A DNA stretch of 64,000 bases from Patescibacteria group bacterium (GCA_041662965.1 JBAZRI010000001.1:99680-163679); one strand, 5' to 3'; shown: positions 41,526 through 52,011, numbered from the stretch's first letter. Notes: generated by a model from the letters alone, not told the origin. Program-made: numbers and translations.

Positions 41526-43130
41526 ATGTTGAAGCAAAGTCAAACGGCGAGAGTAATAACAATTTTTTTACTAACCTTAACGCTGACCGCCATGGCCGGT
41601 AGTTTTGTTTATGCGGCTGAAGCGGCCGAAATCACAGCCAATCGCTCTTATTTTATAAATTTGGACAAGCAGACGATCGCCAAAGGCTATACGGTCAGCG
41701 CTTTTGCAGAAACGATTAAGCTCTCTTTAACTCCCGGAATATTAAGCCAATCTACCGGAGTGGACGCGGTTGAATTAAATGAAGCCATCGACGATCCCTG
41801 GCAATTAGAAAGAATCAGCAAGGTTTATCAGTTTGAATTCAGAAACAAAGCCGCTTACGATAATAAGAAGCCCTTTTATATCCAATTATCTTATGATAAG
41901 ACCTCGGATTATTATAAGCAAGTTTATTATTATGATAAAAATTATTCTTCCTGGCGGCCTTTGCCCACGGTTGATTATCCGGATAAATCATTCGCGCGCT
42001 CTTTAATCCATCTGCCGTTCGCCCGCCTGGCGGTTTTCGCCAATCCGGAAGCTTTGGTCCAAGGCCGGGCCAGCTGGTATAAATATAAAGGCGGTTTATT
42101 CGCGGCTTCGCCGGATTTTCCCAAAGGTTCAAAACTGCGCGTTTTTAACACGGCTAACAATAAATTCGTTGACGTCATAATAAATGATTTCGGCCCGGAA
42201 AGAAAACTCCACCCGGACAGAGTTATTGATTTGGATTATGTAGCTTTTAAAAAAATAGCTTCTACCGGCGCGGGCATAATTAATATCAGAGTTCAGCCAA
42301 TCAGCATTGTTCCGGAAAATAATAAAATTTTGGATATTGCCGAGTCCGGAGCTAAGGCCGAGCTCTTAATTACGGCTAAATCGGCCATAGCCATGGATGA
42401 GCAAACCGGCGAAACACTCTGGCAGAAAAACGCCACCAGCACTTTGCCTTTGGCCAGTTTGACAAAACTGGTGGCCATAAAAGTTTTTTTAGATACCCGG
42501 CCGACTTTAAACAGCCAAGTGGCTTACAGCCTTAAAGATGAGGAATATAATTATGAATACGTTAATAAATGGGAATCGGCCAGGCTGAAATTGCAAGACG
42601 GCGACACTTTAACCATTGAAGATTTACTTTACGCGGCTTTAGTCGGCTCGGCCAATAACGCGGTTGAAACTTTAGTGCGCGTCAGCGGTCTTGAAAGAGA
42701 CGAATTTATATTAAAAATGAATCAGGAGGTTGCTCTCTGGGGCGCTACTGCCACGCATTTTATCGAGCCCACGGGATTATCCCCGGAGAATGTGAGCTCG
42801 GCGCTTGATTATGCTATAATAACTAAAGAAGTTTATACTCATCCGATTATCCAAAAAGCCAGCGTTATGCATCAGTATAAATTTGCCACGGTAAACACCA
42901 AAAAAGCTCATACCATAACCAATACGGATAAACTTTTAGGGGTAAGCAGTTTAGATATCACCGGCTCTAAAACCGGCTATCTTGACGAGGCCCAATATTG
43001 CTTGATGGCGCGGGCGAAAAATAAATCAGGCAGGCAAATAATCGCCGTAACCATGGGCGTAGACAGCCGGCAAAACAGTTTTGACCAGACCGAGCAATTA
43101 TTAAAGTACGCCCTGAAGATGATAAAATAA
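41526..43130 (+). CDS. Secreted fusion protein: RlpA-like double-psi beta-barrel + D-alanyl-D-alanine carboxypeptidase (peptidase S11)
   Basis: Signal peptide; DPBB GRASWYKYKGGLFAASPDFPKGSKLRVFN...VDVIINDFGP; S11 motifs SLTK (LASLTKL), SAN (VGSANNA) and KTG (SKTGYL). Confidence 0.8.
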   Translation: MLKQSQTARVITIFLLTLTLTAMAGSFVYAAEAAEITANRSYFINLDKQTIAKGYTVSAFAETIKLSLTPGILSQSTGVDAVELNEAIDDPWQLERISKVYQFEFRNKAAYDNKKPFYIQLSYDKTSDYYKQVYYYDKNYSSWRPLPTVDYPDKSFARSLIHLPFARLAVFANPEALVQGRASWYKYKGGLFAASPDFPKGSKLRVFNTANNKFVDVIINDFGPERKLHPDRVIDLDYVAFKKIASTGAGIINIRVQPISIVPENNKILDIAESGAKAELLITAKSAIAMDEQTGETLWQKNATSTLPLASLTKLVAIKVFLDTRPTLNSQVAYSLKDEEYNYEYVNKWESARLKLQDGDTLTIEDLLYAALVGSANNAVETLVRVSGLERDEFILKMNQEVALWGATATHFIEPTGLSPENVSSALDYAIITKEVYTHPIIQKASVMHQYKFATVNTKKAHTITNTDKLLGVSSLDITGSKTGYLDEAQYCLMARAKNKSGRQIIAVTMGVDSRQNSFDQTEQLLKYALKMIK

Positions 43131-43143
43131 AAAATAATAAATT

Positions 43144-43824
43144 ATGATCAAATTATCAAATATCACGAAAATTTACCCGCCGGACATTAAAGCGCTCCAT
43201 AAAGTAAATTTACATATTAAGCCCGGAGAATTCGTTTCCATCGTCGGGCAATCGGGCACAGGCAAAACCACTTTGGTTAAGCTTTTGATCAGCGAGGAAA
43301 AAGCCGATGAAGGAAAAATTGTTGTCGGCGGCTGGGATATTACCGATATCGGCCAAGCGGAAATTTCGGTTTTACGCCGGCAGATCGGGGTGGTTTTTCA
43401 GGATTTTAAATTATTGCATAAAAAAACGTTGTTTGAAAATGTCGCTTTCGCTCTCCAGGTTTGCGGCGAGCCGCAGCGCAAAATAAACAGCATCGTGCCT
43501 CAAGTTTTAAAAATCGTCGGGCTGGAGAATAAAATGCATCGCTATCCGCTGCAGATTTCCGGCGGCGAACAGCAGCGCGCCGTCATCGCCCGCGCCTTAG
43601 TGCATAGGCCGAAAATTCTTTTGGCCGACGAGCCGACCGGCAACCTTGATTCAATCAACGCCGATGAAATTATTGAAATTTTACAGAAAATCAATAAGTT
43701 CGGCACGACGGTTGTGCTCGTGACTCATAACCGAGAGGTGGTTAATAAATTGAGAAAAAGGGTAATTACCATAGAAAACGGATTAATCGTCGGCGACCAG
43801 GCGGTTGGAAAATATGTTTTATAG
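43144..43824 (+). CDS. ftsE: Cell division ATP-binding protein FtsE
   Basis: Walker [10 protein letters not shown], signature ISGGEQQR, Walker [12 protein letters not shown]. Directly upstream of ftsX. Confidence 0.85.
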   Translation: MIKLSNITKIYPPDIKALHKVNLHIKPGEFVSIVGQSGTGKTTLVKLLISEEKADEGKIVVGGWDITDIGQAEISVLRRQIGVVFQDFKLLHKKTLFENVAFALQVCGEPQRKINSIVPQVLKIVGLENKMHRYPLQISGGEQQRAVIARALVHRPKILLADEPTGNLDSINADEIIEILQKINKFGTTVVLVTHNREVVNKLRKRVITIENGLIVGDQAVGKYVL

Positions 43825-43944
43825 CATCCCACAAATCAACAAATCGGCTACGAATATCACGAATAATAAATTTAAGAATTTATATAGTATCTGTAGATTT
43901 GCGGGAAAATTAACATTGTATCAAAAATAAAAAATTTAATTTGT

Positions 43945-44859
43945 ATGTTTTTACTGTCTTTTCTAAGAGTTATAAAATTCAGTTTTCAGGACATAGCCCG
44001 CAATATCTGGCTATCAATTATTACGGTGATAATTATCACCTTGGCTTTATTTTCCGTTAACTTGCTCTTGGCGGTTAAAATATTAACTTCGGCCACGGTC
44101 GGCGCGGTTAAGGAAAAAGTTGACATCAGCTTGTATTTAAAATCCGATGCCGCGGAAAATATTATTTTAGCTTTGCGTAGCCAGATTGAGAATCTTGATT
44201 CGGTTAAGGAAGTTAATTATGTCAATAAGCAATCCGCCATAGAAAGTTTCAGGGAAAAACATAAAAATGATCCGGAAATACTGCAGGCCTTATTGGAACT
44301 CGGTAAAAATCCGCTGTCGCCGAGCTTAATCATCAAGCCCAAAAATATTAATAATTACGATGAGCTGATTGTTGATTTGAATAAAATTGACAATGATATA
44401 ATCGAGTCAAGAAATTTTGACGACCATAAGGCCATACTCGCGAAGATTAATAATATCGCCGAAAAAGCCAGCGAGGCCGGCCTATTTATCAGCTCGCTGT
44501 TTATTTTAATAACAATACTGGTGGTTTACAACGCGGTGCGCGTGGCCATTTTTACCCATAAGCGGGAAATCGGCATTATGAAGCTGGTGGGCGCTTCCAC
44601 CTGGTTTATCCGCGCCCCTTATTTGATTTCCGGCATGATTTACGCCATGCTGGGAGTGATTATGATAATAATAATCATTTATCCTTTTTTAAGCCTGACT
44701 CGGCCTTATTTGGAAACATTTTTCTCCGGCTTTGAAGTTAATTTATTGGATTATTTTAATAATAATTTTTTGTTGATTTTCGGCTTGGAATTTTTGGCCG
44801 CGAGCCTGGTTAATGTTTTGGCCAGTTTAGTGGCGGTAGGGAAGTATTCTAAAGTTTAA
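43945..44859 (+). CDS. ftsX: Cell division permease-like protein FtsX
   Basis: TM1, a ~130-aa extracytoplasmic domain, then three C-terminal TMs with REIGIMKLVGAS, the FtsX hallmark. Confidence 0.8.
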   Translation: MFLLSFLRVIKFSFQDIARNIWLSIITVIIITLALFSVNLLLAVKILTSATVGAVKEKVDISLYLKSDAAENIILALRSQIENLDSVKEVNYVNKQSAIESFREKHKNDPEILQALLELGKNPLSPSLIIKPKNINNYDELIVDLNKIDNDIIESRNFDDHKAILAKINNIAEKASEAGLFISSLFILITILVVYNAVRVAIFTHKREIGIMKLVGASTWFIRAPYLISGMIYAMLGVIMIIIIIYPFLSLTRPYLETFFSGFEVNLLDYFNNNFLLIFGLEFLAASLVNVLASLVAVGKYSKV

Positions 44860-44865
44860 CAAATA

Positions 44866-44908
44866 AAAGCCTGATATAAAAAACAATTTTTTATATCAGG
44901 CTTTTTTT
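44866..44908. terminator. Bidirectional hairpin terminator between convergent genes
   Basis: A ~18-bp stem aaagcctgatataaaaaa / ttttttatatcaggcttt with A and T flanks. Confidence 0.7.
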
Positions 44909-46019
44909 ATTCAAATTTAATCCGCGCAATCTCCGGGTCGGCTAAAATTCTCATGGGCGGACCCCAGGTGCCGGCGCCCGAAGAAGTATAGACCGTGGTG
45001 GCGCCGGATTTTTTTAAGCCGTATTGAAAGCCGTCGTATAAGAAATACTCAATAATTTGTATGGGGAAAAGCTGGCCTTTATGGGCGTGGCCGCAAAGGA
45101 CTAGCGAAACGCCGAATTTAGGCGCCACCTCCATTTTATCCGGCACATGCCTTAATAAAATACTGGGCTTATTTTTATCTATTTTCAGATTAGCTAAAAT
45201 AGCTTCATAGTCGCTTTTGCTATAAGCGGATTTGTAATCAACGCCGATAATCTGCAAGCCGTTTATCTCCGCTAATTTATTATCTAAAACATTAATGCCG
45301 GCCTTGGTAATGGCATCAATGAATTTGGCGTTGTTGCCGAATTCTTCATGGTTGCCGGTAACAAAAAATTTACCCAGGGGCGTTTTTATGGTTGAAAAAA
45401 ATTGCGCTAACCTGTCTAAGTCAACGTTGGCCTGGCCGTCGAAAAAATCTCCGCCGATCAGAAGCAGATCCGGCCGTAGATCGTCAATCTGCCTGGTAAC
45501 GCGAGCCGCGAATTCATAATTATCAATCGCGCCTAAGTGCAAGTCGCTGATAAAAACCGCGGTTTTTCCCCGCCATTCGGCGGGCAGATTGGGCAGGGCG
45601 ATATTTAATTCTCTTATTTTAATATTTTGCGCCGCTATAATGCCGTAGATTATTACCGCGGCCGCGGCTAAAAATAAGCCGATGATTAAGGTTTTTTCAT
45701 TAAGGCTGAAAGAAAATAGTTTGCCTAAATATAAAATGAAATACGCTAACAGGCAAGCTAAAACGAGATAAAGCATAATACCGAACCAGCTGGCGCTGAT
45801 AGTATAGCAAAGGCGGACGAAAATATTGGCAAAGCGGTTGATTAAGATTGAAGCCAAAATAAAACTAATAGGCAATAAAATAAAAATAATTTTTAAAGCA
45901 TTTAAATAAATTTGTCCGGTGATATTAAAAAAATTGACCAAAGCTTGGAATAAAAAATAATGCGTTAAGAAAACGGCCGCTAAACTGGCGACGCCGGCCA
46001 GGATAAATATGTATATCAT
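44907..46019 (-). CDS. Membrane-bound metallophosphoesterase (calcineurin-like, YkuE-type)
   Basis: 4-5 N-terminal TMs, then ISDLHLG, GGDFFDG, GNHE and CGHAHKGQ. Confidence 0.8.
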   Translation of the reverse strand: MIYIFILAGVASLAAVFLTHYFLFQALVNFFNITGQIYLNALKIIFILLPISFILASILINRFANIFVRLCYTISASWFGIMLYLVLACLLAYFILYLGKLFSFSLNEKTLIIGLFLAAAAVIIYGIIAAQNIKIRELNIALPNLPAEWRGKTAVFISDLHLGAIDNYEFAARVTRQIDDLRPDLLLIGGDFFDGQANVDLDRLAQFFSTIKTPLGKFFVTGNHEEFGNNAKFIDAITKAGINVLDNKLAEINGLQIIGVDYKSAYSKSDYEAILANLKIDKNKPSILLRHVPDKMEVAPKFGVSLVLCGHAHKGQLFPIQIIEYFLYDGFQYGLKKSGATTVYTSSGAGTWGPPMRILADPEIARIKFE

Positions 46020-46063
46020 AAGCGATGGGTTATTGATTAATTTTAGTGGAAGTTATTCTCTCT

Positions 46064-46137
46064 TGGCTCGGGGACTTGGATTCGAACCAAGATAAACGGC
46101 TTCAAAGGCCGCTGTCTTACCATTGGACGATCCCCGA
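46064..46137 (-). tRNA. tRNA-Gln (anticodon TTG), CCA encoded
   Basis: Manual fold: U1-A72 acceptor TCGGGGA/TCCCCGA, anticodon stem GCGGC/GCCGT with loop CTTTGAA, T-arm CTTGG-TTCGAAT-CCAAG, discriminator G, 3' CCA. Confidence 0.85.
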
Positions 46138-46376
46138 AAAAACATGACATTTATAAATCATAAGCAAAATCCCGAAAATTCGGGACTATTGTTATCATAA
46201 AATATTTTTTGCTTTTTGTAAACCCTGTTGGATATTTTTAGCTATTGTTAGCTTGGCCGCGGCAGATAGGCGTTTTTTATGGTTAAAGGCCCGACATGAT
46301 TAAATATGCGCCGGGGTGTTGTTATGTTATGTTTTTTTTAGTATAATGATAGGGATAAATCAATTAAGAAAAAAAT

Positions 46377-46610
46377 ATGGCGGAAAGAATATTTACTCCT
46401 GGAGAGTTAAAAGAAATGCTAAAAGGCGCGCGGGAAAAAGAACGTGAAGAAGCTATTATAGCCGGCGATTTTATTCCTGATGATAACGGTAATTCGGAGC
46501 GGCCTGAAGATAAAACAGATTCAAAAAAACCGGTTATTAGAAAAAGTCAGCCGCCGGTGAAAAAGAGAAATGCCCCGGGCGATTTAAGCACTTGGCATGA
46601 TAAATTTTAG
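46377..46610 (+). CDS. Hypothetical highly charged small protein
   Basis: 77-aa ORF rich in K/E/P. No family recognised. Confidence 0.35.
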   Translation: MAERIFTPGELKEMLKGAREKEREEAIIAGDFIPDDNGNSERPEDKTDSKKPVIRKSQPPVKKRNAPGDLSTWHDKF

Positions 46611-46625
46611 TCATTAACTATCAAT

Positions 46626-47750
46626 ATGAAAATAAAAAAATATTTAATAAGCGGTTTGGTATTTGTAATCGCCGCCGCCGCGGCTTTGTCTGTTTATAAT
46701 TATAATCCGAATATCGCCAAAGTTATCGCCGATACTTTGCGCCTTGACGATCAGGAAGCGACGATCAGGGCGATTAAAAAAGTTATGCCGGCCGTAGTGA
46801 ATATTATCGTCATGGATAAGCAAATTACCGCTTCAATGAATTTAAGCGTCGGCGGGCAAATTCAAAGAAATGATATTGTGCAAAAAGGTTCGGGCACGGG
46901 ATTTTTAATTTCGGCTGATGGTTTGATTTTAACCAATAAGCATGTAGTCGGCTCGGTCGACGAAAAAACCGCTGAATTTAGAATTATTTTAAATACGGGC
47001 AAGCAATATTACGCCCAGCTGATCGGCAAAGATCCGATCAACGATTTGGCGGTGCTGAAAATTTTTGATAAAAATTTGCCTTATGTGCAGTTAGGCGACA
47101 GCGATAAATTGCAGATCGGCTCCACGGTTATCGCTATCGGCAATGCTTTGGGGCGATATCAGAACAGCGCGACCAAAGGCATAGTCAGCGGGCTGGGCAG
47201 AAGCATCCAGGCCTCGGACCAGACCGGAACTAACGCCGAAGCTTTGGATAATGTCATCCAGACTGACGCGGAAATCAACCCGGGTAATTCCGGCGGGCCG
47301 CTAGTCGACCTGGAAGGCAATATTATCGGCATTAATGTGGCGCTTGATCAGGCCGGGTCGTCTGTCGGCTTTGCCATTCCGGTAAATGACGCCAAACCGG
47401 TCATAAAAAGCGCGCGTGAAATCGGGCGCATTGTCCGACCGCGGCTGGGCCTTAGATATGTTATGCTGACTCCGGAAATAGCCCAAGCCAATAAATTAGC
47501 TCTTAACAGCGGCGCTTGGATATCAATCAGCCAGGATGGAACGCCATCGGTTTTGCCTGATTCTCCGGCGGCTAAAGCCGGACTGAAGGAAGGCGATATA
47601 ATTACGGAAATCAACGCCATTAAACTGCAGGGCCAGGCGACTTTGCTGTCGGTCGTGCAAAAGTATAAACCCGGGGATAAAATAGGCTTAAGAGTTTTTC
47701 GCGGCGGTAAATTTTTGGTTTTAGTCGCTATACTTGATGAATTTAGATGA
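46626..47750 (+). CDS. htrA: Serine protease HtrA/DegP family with PDZ domain (catalytically intact)
   Basis: N-terminal TM; GSGTGFLISADGLILTNKHVV (His), DLAVLKI (Asp), INPGNSGGPLVDLEGNIIGIN (Ser); PDZ PAAKAGLKEGDIITEINAIKL. Confidence 0.9.
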   Translation: MKIKKYLISGLVFVIAAAAALSVYNYNPNIAKVIADTLRLDDQEATIRAIKKVMPAVVNIIVMDKQITASMNLSVGGQIQRNDIVQKGSGTGFLISADGLILTNKHVVGSVDEKTAEFRIILNTGKQYYAQLIGKDPINDLAVLKIFDKNLPYVQLGDSDKLQIGSTVIAIGNALGRYQNSATKGIVSGLGRSIQASDQTGTNAEALDNVIQTDAEINPGNSGGPLVDLEGNIIGINVALDQAGSSVGFAIPVNDAKPVIKSAREIGRIVRPRLGLRYVMLTPEIAQANKLALNSGAWISISQDGTPSVLPDSPAAKAGLKEGDIITEINAIKLQGQATLLSVVQKYKPGDKIGLRVFRGGKFLVLVAILDEFR

Positions 47751-47795
47751 ATAATATAAAATATAAATTGTAACTTAATAGTTTGCGATTTTTTT

Positions 47796-48725
47796 ATGAT
47801 AGAAATAAAGAATTTAACGAAAAAATTCGGCCAGAATTCAGTTTTGGATGATATTAATTTTTCAGTCGCTAAAGGAGAAATTTTAGGTTTTTTAGGCCCG
47901 AACGGAGCCGGTAAAAGCACTACCATGAAGATTATTACTTCTTTTTGGGCGCCGACTTCCGGCCAAGTGCTGATTGACGGCTTGGATATGGCCAAGGATT
48001 CGCTGTCTGCCAGAAAAAAAATCGGCTATCTGCCGGAAACCGTGCCGCTTTACGAAGATATGAGAGTTTTTGAATATCTGAAATTTATCGCGGAAATTCG
48101 CGGGCTCGGCGAAGACGAGATTAAGGGCAGAGTGAAGGAAGTCGTGGCGATTTGCGGCTTAAGCAAAGTCCTGCGAGCGCCGATTGAGGAGCTTTCCAAG
48201 GGCTTTCGCCAGCGGGTCGGCTTGGCCCAGGCCATAATGCACCGGCCGGATATTTTAATATTGGATGAGCCGACAACGGGTTTAGACCCGAACCAAATAG
48301 TGGAAATACGCGATTTGATTAAAACCATCGGCCGGGAAAAAACCGTCATATTTTCCACGCATATTTTAAGCGAAGTAAGCGCTACTTGCGACCGGGTGAT
48401 TATTATTAATAACGGCAAGATTGTCGGGCAAGGCAGCCCGGCGGAGCTTATGAAAAAGTCCGGCGGCGCGGAAATAATTTACGTGAAAATCAGAGGCTTA
48501 AAGGGCGAGGTGGAGAAGAAGCTTAAAGAAATGGAAAATGTCGTCAATGTCAAAGTTAAAGATAAAGAAGCCGAGGATATTTACGGCTATGAAATTGAGC
48601 CGGCGGCCGGCGTGGATTTGCGCGAATATTTGTCTTTAACGGTCATGAAAAATAATTGGAGTATTTTGGAATTTTCTAAAAAAAGCGCCAGTCTGGAGAA
48701 TGCCTTCAGGGAGCTGACTAAATAA
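47796..48725 (+). CDS. ABC transporter ATP-binding protein (GldA-like)
   Basis: Walker A GPNGAGKST, signature LSKGFRQR, Walker B LILDEPTTGLD. Confidence 0.85.
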   Translation: MIEIKNLTKKFGQNSVLDDINFSVAKGEILGFLGPNGAGKSTTMKIITSFWAPTSGQVLIDGLDMAKDSLSARKKIGYLPETVPLYEDMRVFEYLKFIAEIRGLGEDEIKGRVKEVVAICGLSKVLRAPIEELSKGFRQRVGLAQAIMHRPDILILDEPTTGLDPNQIVEIRDLIKTIGREKTVIFSTHILSEVSATCDRVIIINNGKIVGQGSPAELMKKSGGAEIIYVKIRGLKGEVEKKLKEMENVVNVKVKDKEAEDIYGYEIEPAAGVDLREYLSLTVMKNNWSILEFSKKSASLENAFRELTK

Positions 48726-48738
48726 AATCATTCGCGTT

Positions 48739-49473
48739 ATGCAAAAATCACTGTATTTAAAAACTATCTACACTCTTTTTAAAAAAGAATTAATGTCATA
48801 TTTTAATTCGCCGATCGCTTATGTTTTTATCGGCGTTTTTTTAGTGGCCGGCAACTGGCTGTTTTTTAATGTTTTTTTCTTGGCGGCTCAAGCTTCAATG
48901 AGAAATTATTTCGCGCTTCTGCCTTGGATTTTTTTATTTTTGTCGCCGGCCATTACCATGCGCCTTTGGGCCGAAGAAAAGAAAAGCGGCACGATTGAGC
49001 TGCTCCTGACTCTGCCGGTAACCGACTGGCAGGTAGTTCTAGCTAAATTTTTCAGCGCCTTAACTTTTTTATCCGTTAGCTTATCGCTTTCTTTAACCAT
49101 ACCGTTAAGCATTGTTTTTTTAGGCAACTTGGATTTAGGGCCGGTTATCGGCGGTTATCTAGGCGCCTTGTTTTTAGGCGGCTCATATTTGGCTTTGGGC
49201 TTATTTATTTCCAGCCTGACAAAAAACCAGATTATCGCTTTTATTATCGGCTTAACGGCTTGTTTCGCCGCTTTTATCGTCGGCGCGGATTTTGTTTTAG
49301 CCGGCGCGCCTCAAGCTTTCGCTCCGGTTATGAAGTTTATCGGTCTGGGCAGCCATTTTAATAATATCGCCAGAGGCGTGATTGATACTAAAGATGTCAT
49401 ATATTATGTTTCTTTTATATTTTTGTTTTTATGGTTAAACGTTAGAGTGATAGAGAACAGGGCGTGGAAATAA
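48739..49473 (+). CDS. ABC-2 type permease (GldF-like)
   Basis: Six TMs and the WAEEKKSGTIELLLTLP motif typical of GldF/ABC-2 permeases. Confidence 0.75.
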   Translation: MQKSLYLKTIYTLFKKELMSYFNSPIAYVFIGVFLVAGNWLFFNVFFLAAQASMRNYFALLPWIFLFLSPAITMRLWAEEKKSGTIELLLTLPVTDWQVVLAKFFSALTFLSVSLSLSLTIPLSIVFLGNLDLGPVIGGYLGALFLGGSYLALGLFISSLTKNQIIAFIIGLTACFAAFIVGADFVLAGAPQAFAPVMKFIGLGSHFNNIARGVIDTKDVIYYVSFIFLFLWLNVRVIENRAWK

Positions 49474-49494
49474 GTATTGTATATATCGCATGAG

Positions 49495-49528
49495 GATTGG
49501 GCTAAATTTTACAAAATTTATCCCAATC
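49495..49528. repeat. Stand-alone AT-rich hairpin resembling the closing stems of the composite elements (no core)
   Basis: gattgggctaaatttt-ac-aaaatttatcccaatc forms a 16-bp stem with 1 mismatch. Confidence 0.7.
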
Positions 49529-49539
49529 AATTAATATAA

Positions 49540-51072
49540 ATGTTTATTATGAATTTAAATAATTTTTTTAAAAGAACTAACTTAAGCTTAACTGTCGTTA
49601 TAGTAATCGGCATTTTAATCGTGCTGAATTTTTTTTCATATAATATTTTCTATCGCTTTGATTTAACGCAAAATAAGGATTATTCGCTTTCTAAAGCCAG
49701 TAAAGCCGCCGCGGCCGGCGCCAAAGACATTATTAATATCAAGGTTTATTTTTCCGCCGACTTACCGTCGCAATTTTTAAATTTGCGCCAAGAAGTTGGC
49801 GATATTCTAGACGAATATGTTAATTATTCCGGCGGCAAGATTAAAGTGGAGTTTATTAACCCTCTGGACGACCAGGCAACCGAGCAAGAATTATATCTGG
49901 CCGGCATACCAAAATTGCAATTTAATGCTTTGGAAAAAGACAAATATCAAGTTATCAACGGTTATTTGGGCATGTTGATTAAATATGGGGAAAAATCCCA
50001 GGCCATTCCGGTGGTTGAGGACACTAAAGATTTGGAATATCAAATTACCTCGGCCGTTAAAAAGCTAACCAGCGCCAAGGTCGCTAATATCGGTTTTTGG
50101 CAGAGCAATGGCGCCGCCGATGTTGAAAAAGAAGTCAGCGCGGCTTATAAAAAGCTGGGAGAAATTTATAATGTCAGCGCGATTAATTATGCCGCGGATA
50201 AAAAAATCTCCGGCGATTTGGACACTTTAATAATTATCGGCCCTAAAGAAAAATTTAACGATGATGAGCTTAAGGCGATTGACGCTTTTTTGCTGCGCGG
50301 CGGTTCGCTGGTTATTATGGCCGACGGAGTTAAGGTAGGGCAAGGGCTAGTAGCCAATAAAAACGATATCGGTTTAAACAAAATTTTAGAGTCTTACGGC
50401 CTTAAGCTGAATGAAAATTTAGCGCTGGATATAAATAACGGCATGGCGTCATTCAGCCAAGGCTTTGTTACTTTTACTGTTAATTACCCTTACTGGCCTA
50501 AGGTTATAAAGCCGGGGTTTGACCAGAACAATCCGGCCGTCTCAAGGCTAGAAGGCTTGGTTTTACCTTGGGCGTCCACGATTGACGTTGTGCCTGATAA
50601 AATTAAGGATATAGCGGTTTCTTATTTAGCCCAGACTTCTAATCAGGCCATGGCCGTGGCTGATAATTTTAAACTAGATCCCCAGGCGCAAATTAATGAT
50701 GGAGTCAGAGGGAAATTCAATTTGGCCGTGGCTTTAACCGGCGACTTTAAGAGCCCGTTTAATAACGCGAGCTCTAAGGCCGGCCGTTTAATTTTAATGG
50801 GCGATAGTGATTTTATCAGGGATAATTTTTTGCAAAATTATCCGGACAATTTGGTATTTTTTCAAAATGTTATTGATGGCTTAAGCTTGGGCGGCGACTT
50901 GATTTCTATCCGCTCAAAAGGCGTAGCCGAGCGTCCGCTTAAAGAAATAAGCGAAGCGGTTAAAACGGCGGTTAGGTATGCCAATATTTTCGGCTTAACG
51001 ATTATCGTCGTGCTTTTCGGTATGGTTAGATATTTTTTAAGAAGAAAAGCCAGGTTTGAAGATCAAATATAA
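49540..51072 (+). CDS. GldG-like ABC-transport auxiliary protein
   Basis: N- and C-terminal TMs flank a large domain. It follows the ATPase and permease genes. YDLTQNKDYSLS near the N-terminus is typical of the GldG family. Confidence 0.7.
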   Translation: MFIMNLNNFFKRTNLSLTVVIVIGILIVLNFFSYNIFYRFDLTQNKDYSLSKASKAAAAGAKDIINIKVYFSADLPSQFLNLRQEVGDILDEYVNYSGGKIKVEFINPLDDQATEQELYLAGIPKLQFNALEKDKYQVINGYLGMLIKYGEKSQAIPVVEDTKDLEYQITSAVKKLTSAKVANIGFWQSNGAADVEKEVSAAYKKLGEIYNVSAINYAADKKISGDLDTLIIIGPKEKFNDDELKAIDAFLLRGGSLVIMADGVKVGQGLVANKNDIGLNKILESYGLKLNENLALDINNGMASFSQGFVTFTVNYPYWPKVIKPGFDQNNPAVSRLEGLVLPWASTIDVVPDKIKDIAVSYLAQTSNQAMAVADNFKLDPQAQINDGVRGKFNLAVALTGDFKSPFNNASSKAGRLILMGDSDFIRDNFLQNYPDNLVFFQNVIDGLSLGGDLISIRSKGVAERPLKEISEAVKTAVRYANIFGLTIIVVLFGMVRYFLRRKARFEDQI

Positions 51073-51091
51073 AAATTATTAATATTTTTTT

Positions 51092-52000
51092 ATGAATAAA
51101 AAGACTTTAATTTTAGGTGTTGTGCTGCTAGCGTTAATCGCCCTGGCTTACGCCTATCAGGGCCCTTTAAAAAAATGGCAGAATAATTTAGGCAAGCCGA
51201 AGAATATTTTAGCTAAAATAAATGTTGGCTTAATTGATAAAATAGAAATTATAGATCAGGGTAAAATTTTAACTCTGGCTAAGCAAGGCCAAAAATGGAA
51301 ATATGATAATAGCAAAGATTTTTATGTTGATGTCCCGGTTATGGCTAAGGTTTTCGATGAATTAAAAACGGCCGCCGATTCTGAAGTTGAGCTGGTTAGC
51401 AACAATCAAGATAGAAAAAGCGAATTTAAAACCGACGCTTCGGGCTTGGAAATAAAAATTTATCAGGCCGATAAGCAGTCCGCCGATTTTATTGTTGGCG
51501 CTAGGTCAAGCGATTACGTAAGCTCTTATATTTCTTTGCCCGGGTCGGCCGTTACTTACGCGGTTAAAGCCGATTTGCCCGGCGCTTTTAATCCGGTTGA
51601 TTGGCGCGATTCTACTATTTTTTCAACGCCAACGGAAAAAATTAATAAAATAAGATTTCAATATCCGAATAGGGAATTTACGGTAGAATTAAAAGATGGA
51701 AAATGGAACGGTATATTGCCTAATAAATTTTCCGTCAATCAGGAAAAAATTCAACCGGTTTTAGATATTATGTCAAATTTAAAGGCCGTAGAAATTCCGG
51801 CTCAAGTTTTTAACGATACCGGCTTGGATAAGCATTCTATAATTGTAGAAGCGTCGGGCGATGGGATAAAAAATGTTTTAATGATTGGCGGAGCCAGCAA
51901 CGCTTTGTATTATACTAAAAGAGGCGACAGCGATAATATTTATCTTATTTCTAAAACCGAGAGAGACGAACTGGATAAATGGAGTTGGCAGTTAAAATAA
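51092..52000 (+). CDS. DUF4340-like protein
   Basis: N-terminal TM plus a beta-rich domain. Its position directly after a gldG-like gene is the usual DUF4340 context. Confidence 0.55.
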   Translation: MNKKTLILGVVLLALIALAYAYQGPLKKWQNNLGKPKNILAKINVGLIDKIEIIDQGKILTLAKQGQKWKYDNSKDFYVDVPVMAKVFDELKTAADSEVELVSNNQDRKSEFKTDASGLEIKIYQADKQSADFIVGARSSDYVSSYISLPGSAVTYAVKADLPGAFNPVDWRDSTIFSTPTEKINKIRFQYPNREFTVELKDGKWNGILPNKFSVNQEKIQPVLDIMSNLKAVEIPAQVFNDTGLDKHSIIVEASGDGIKNVLMIGGASNALYYTKRGDSDNIYLISKTERDELDKWSWQLK

Positions 52001-52011
52001 AATTAAAATAT

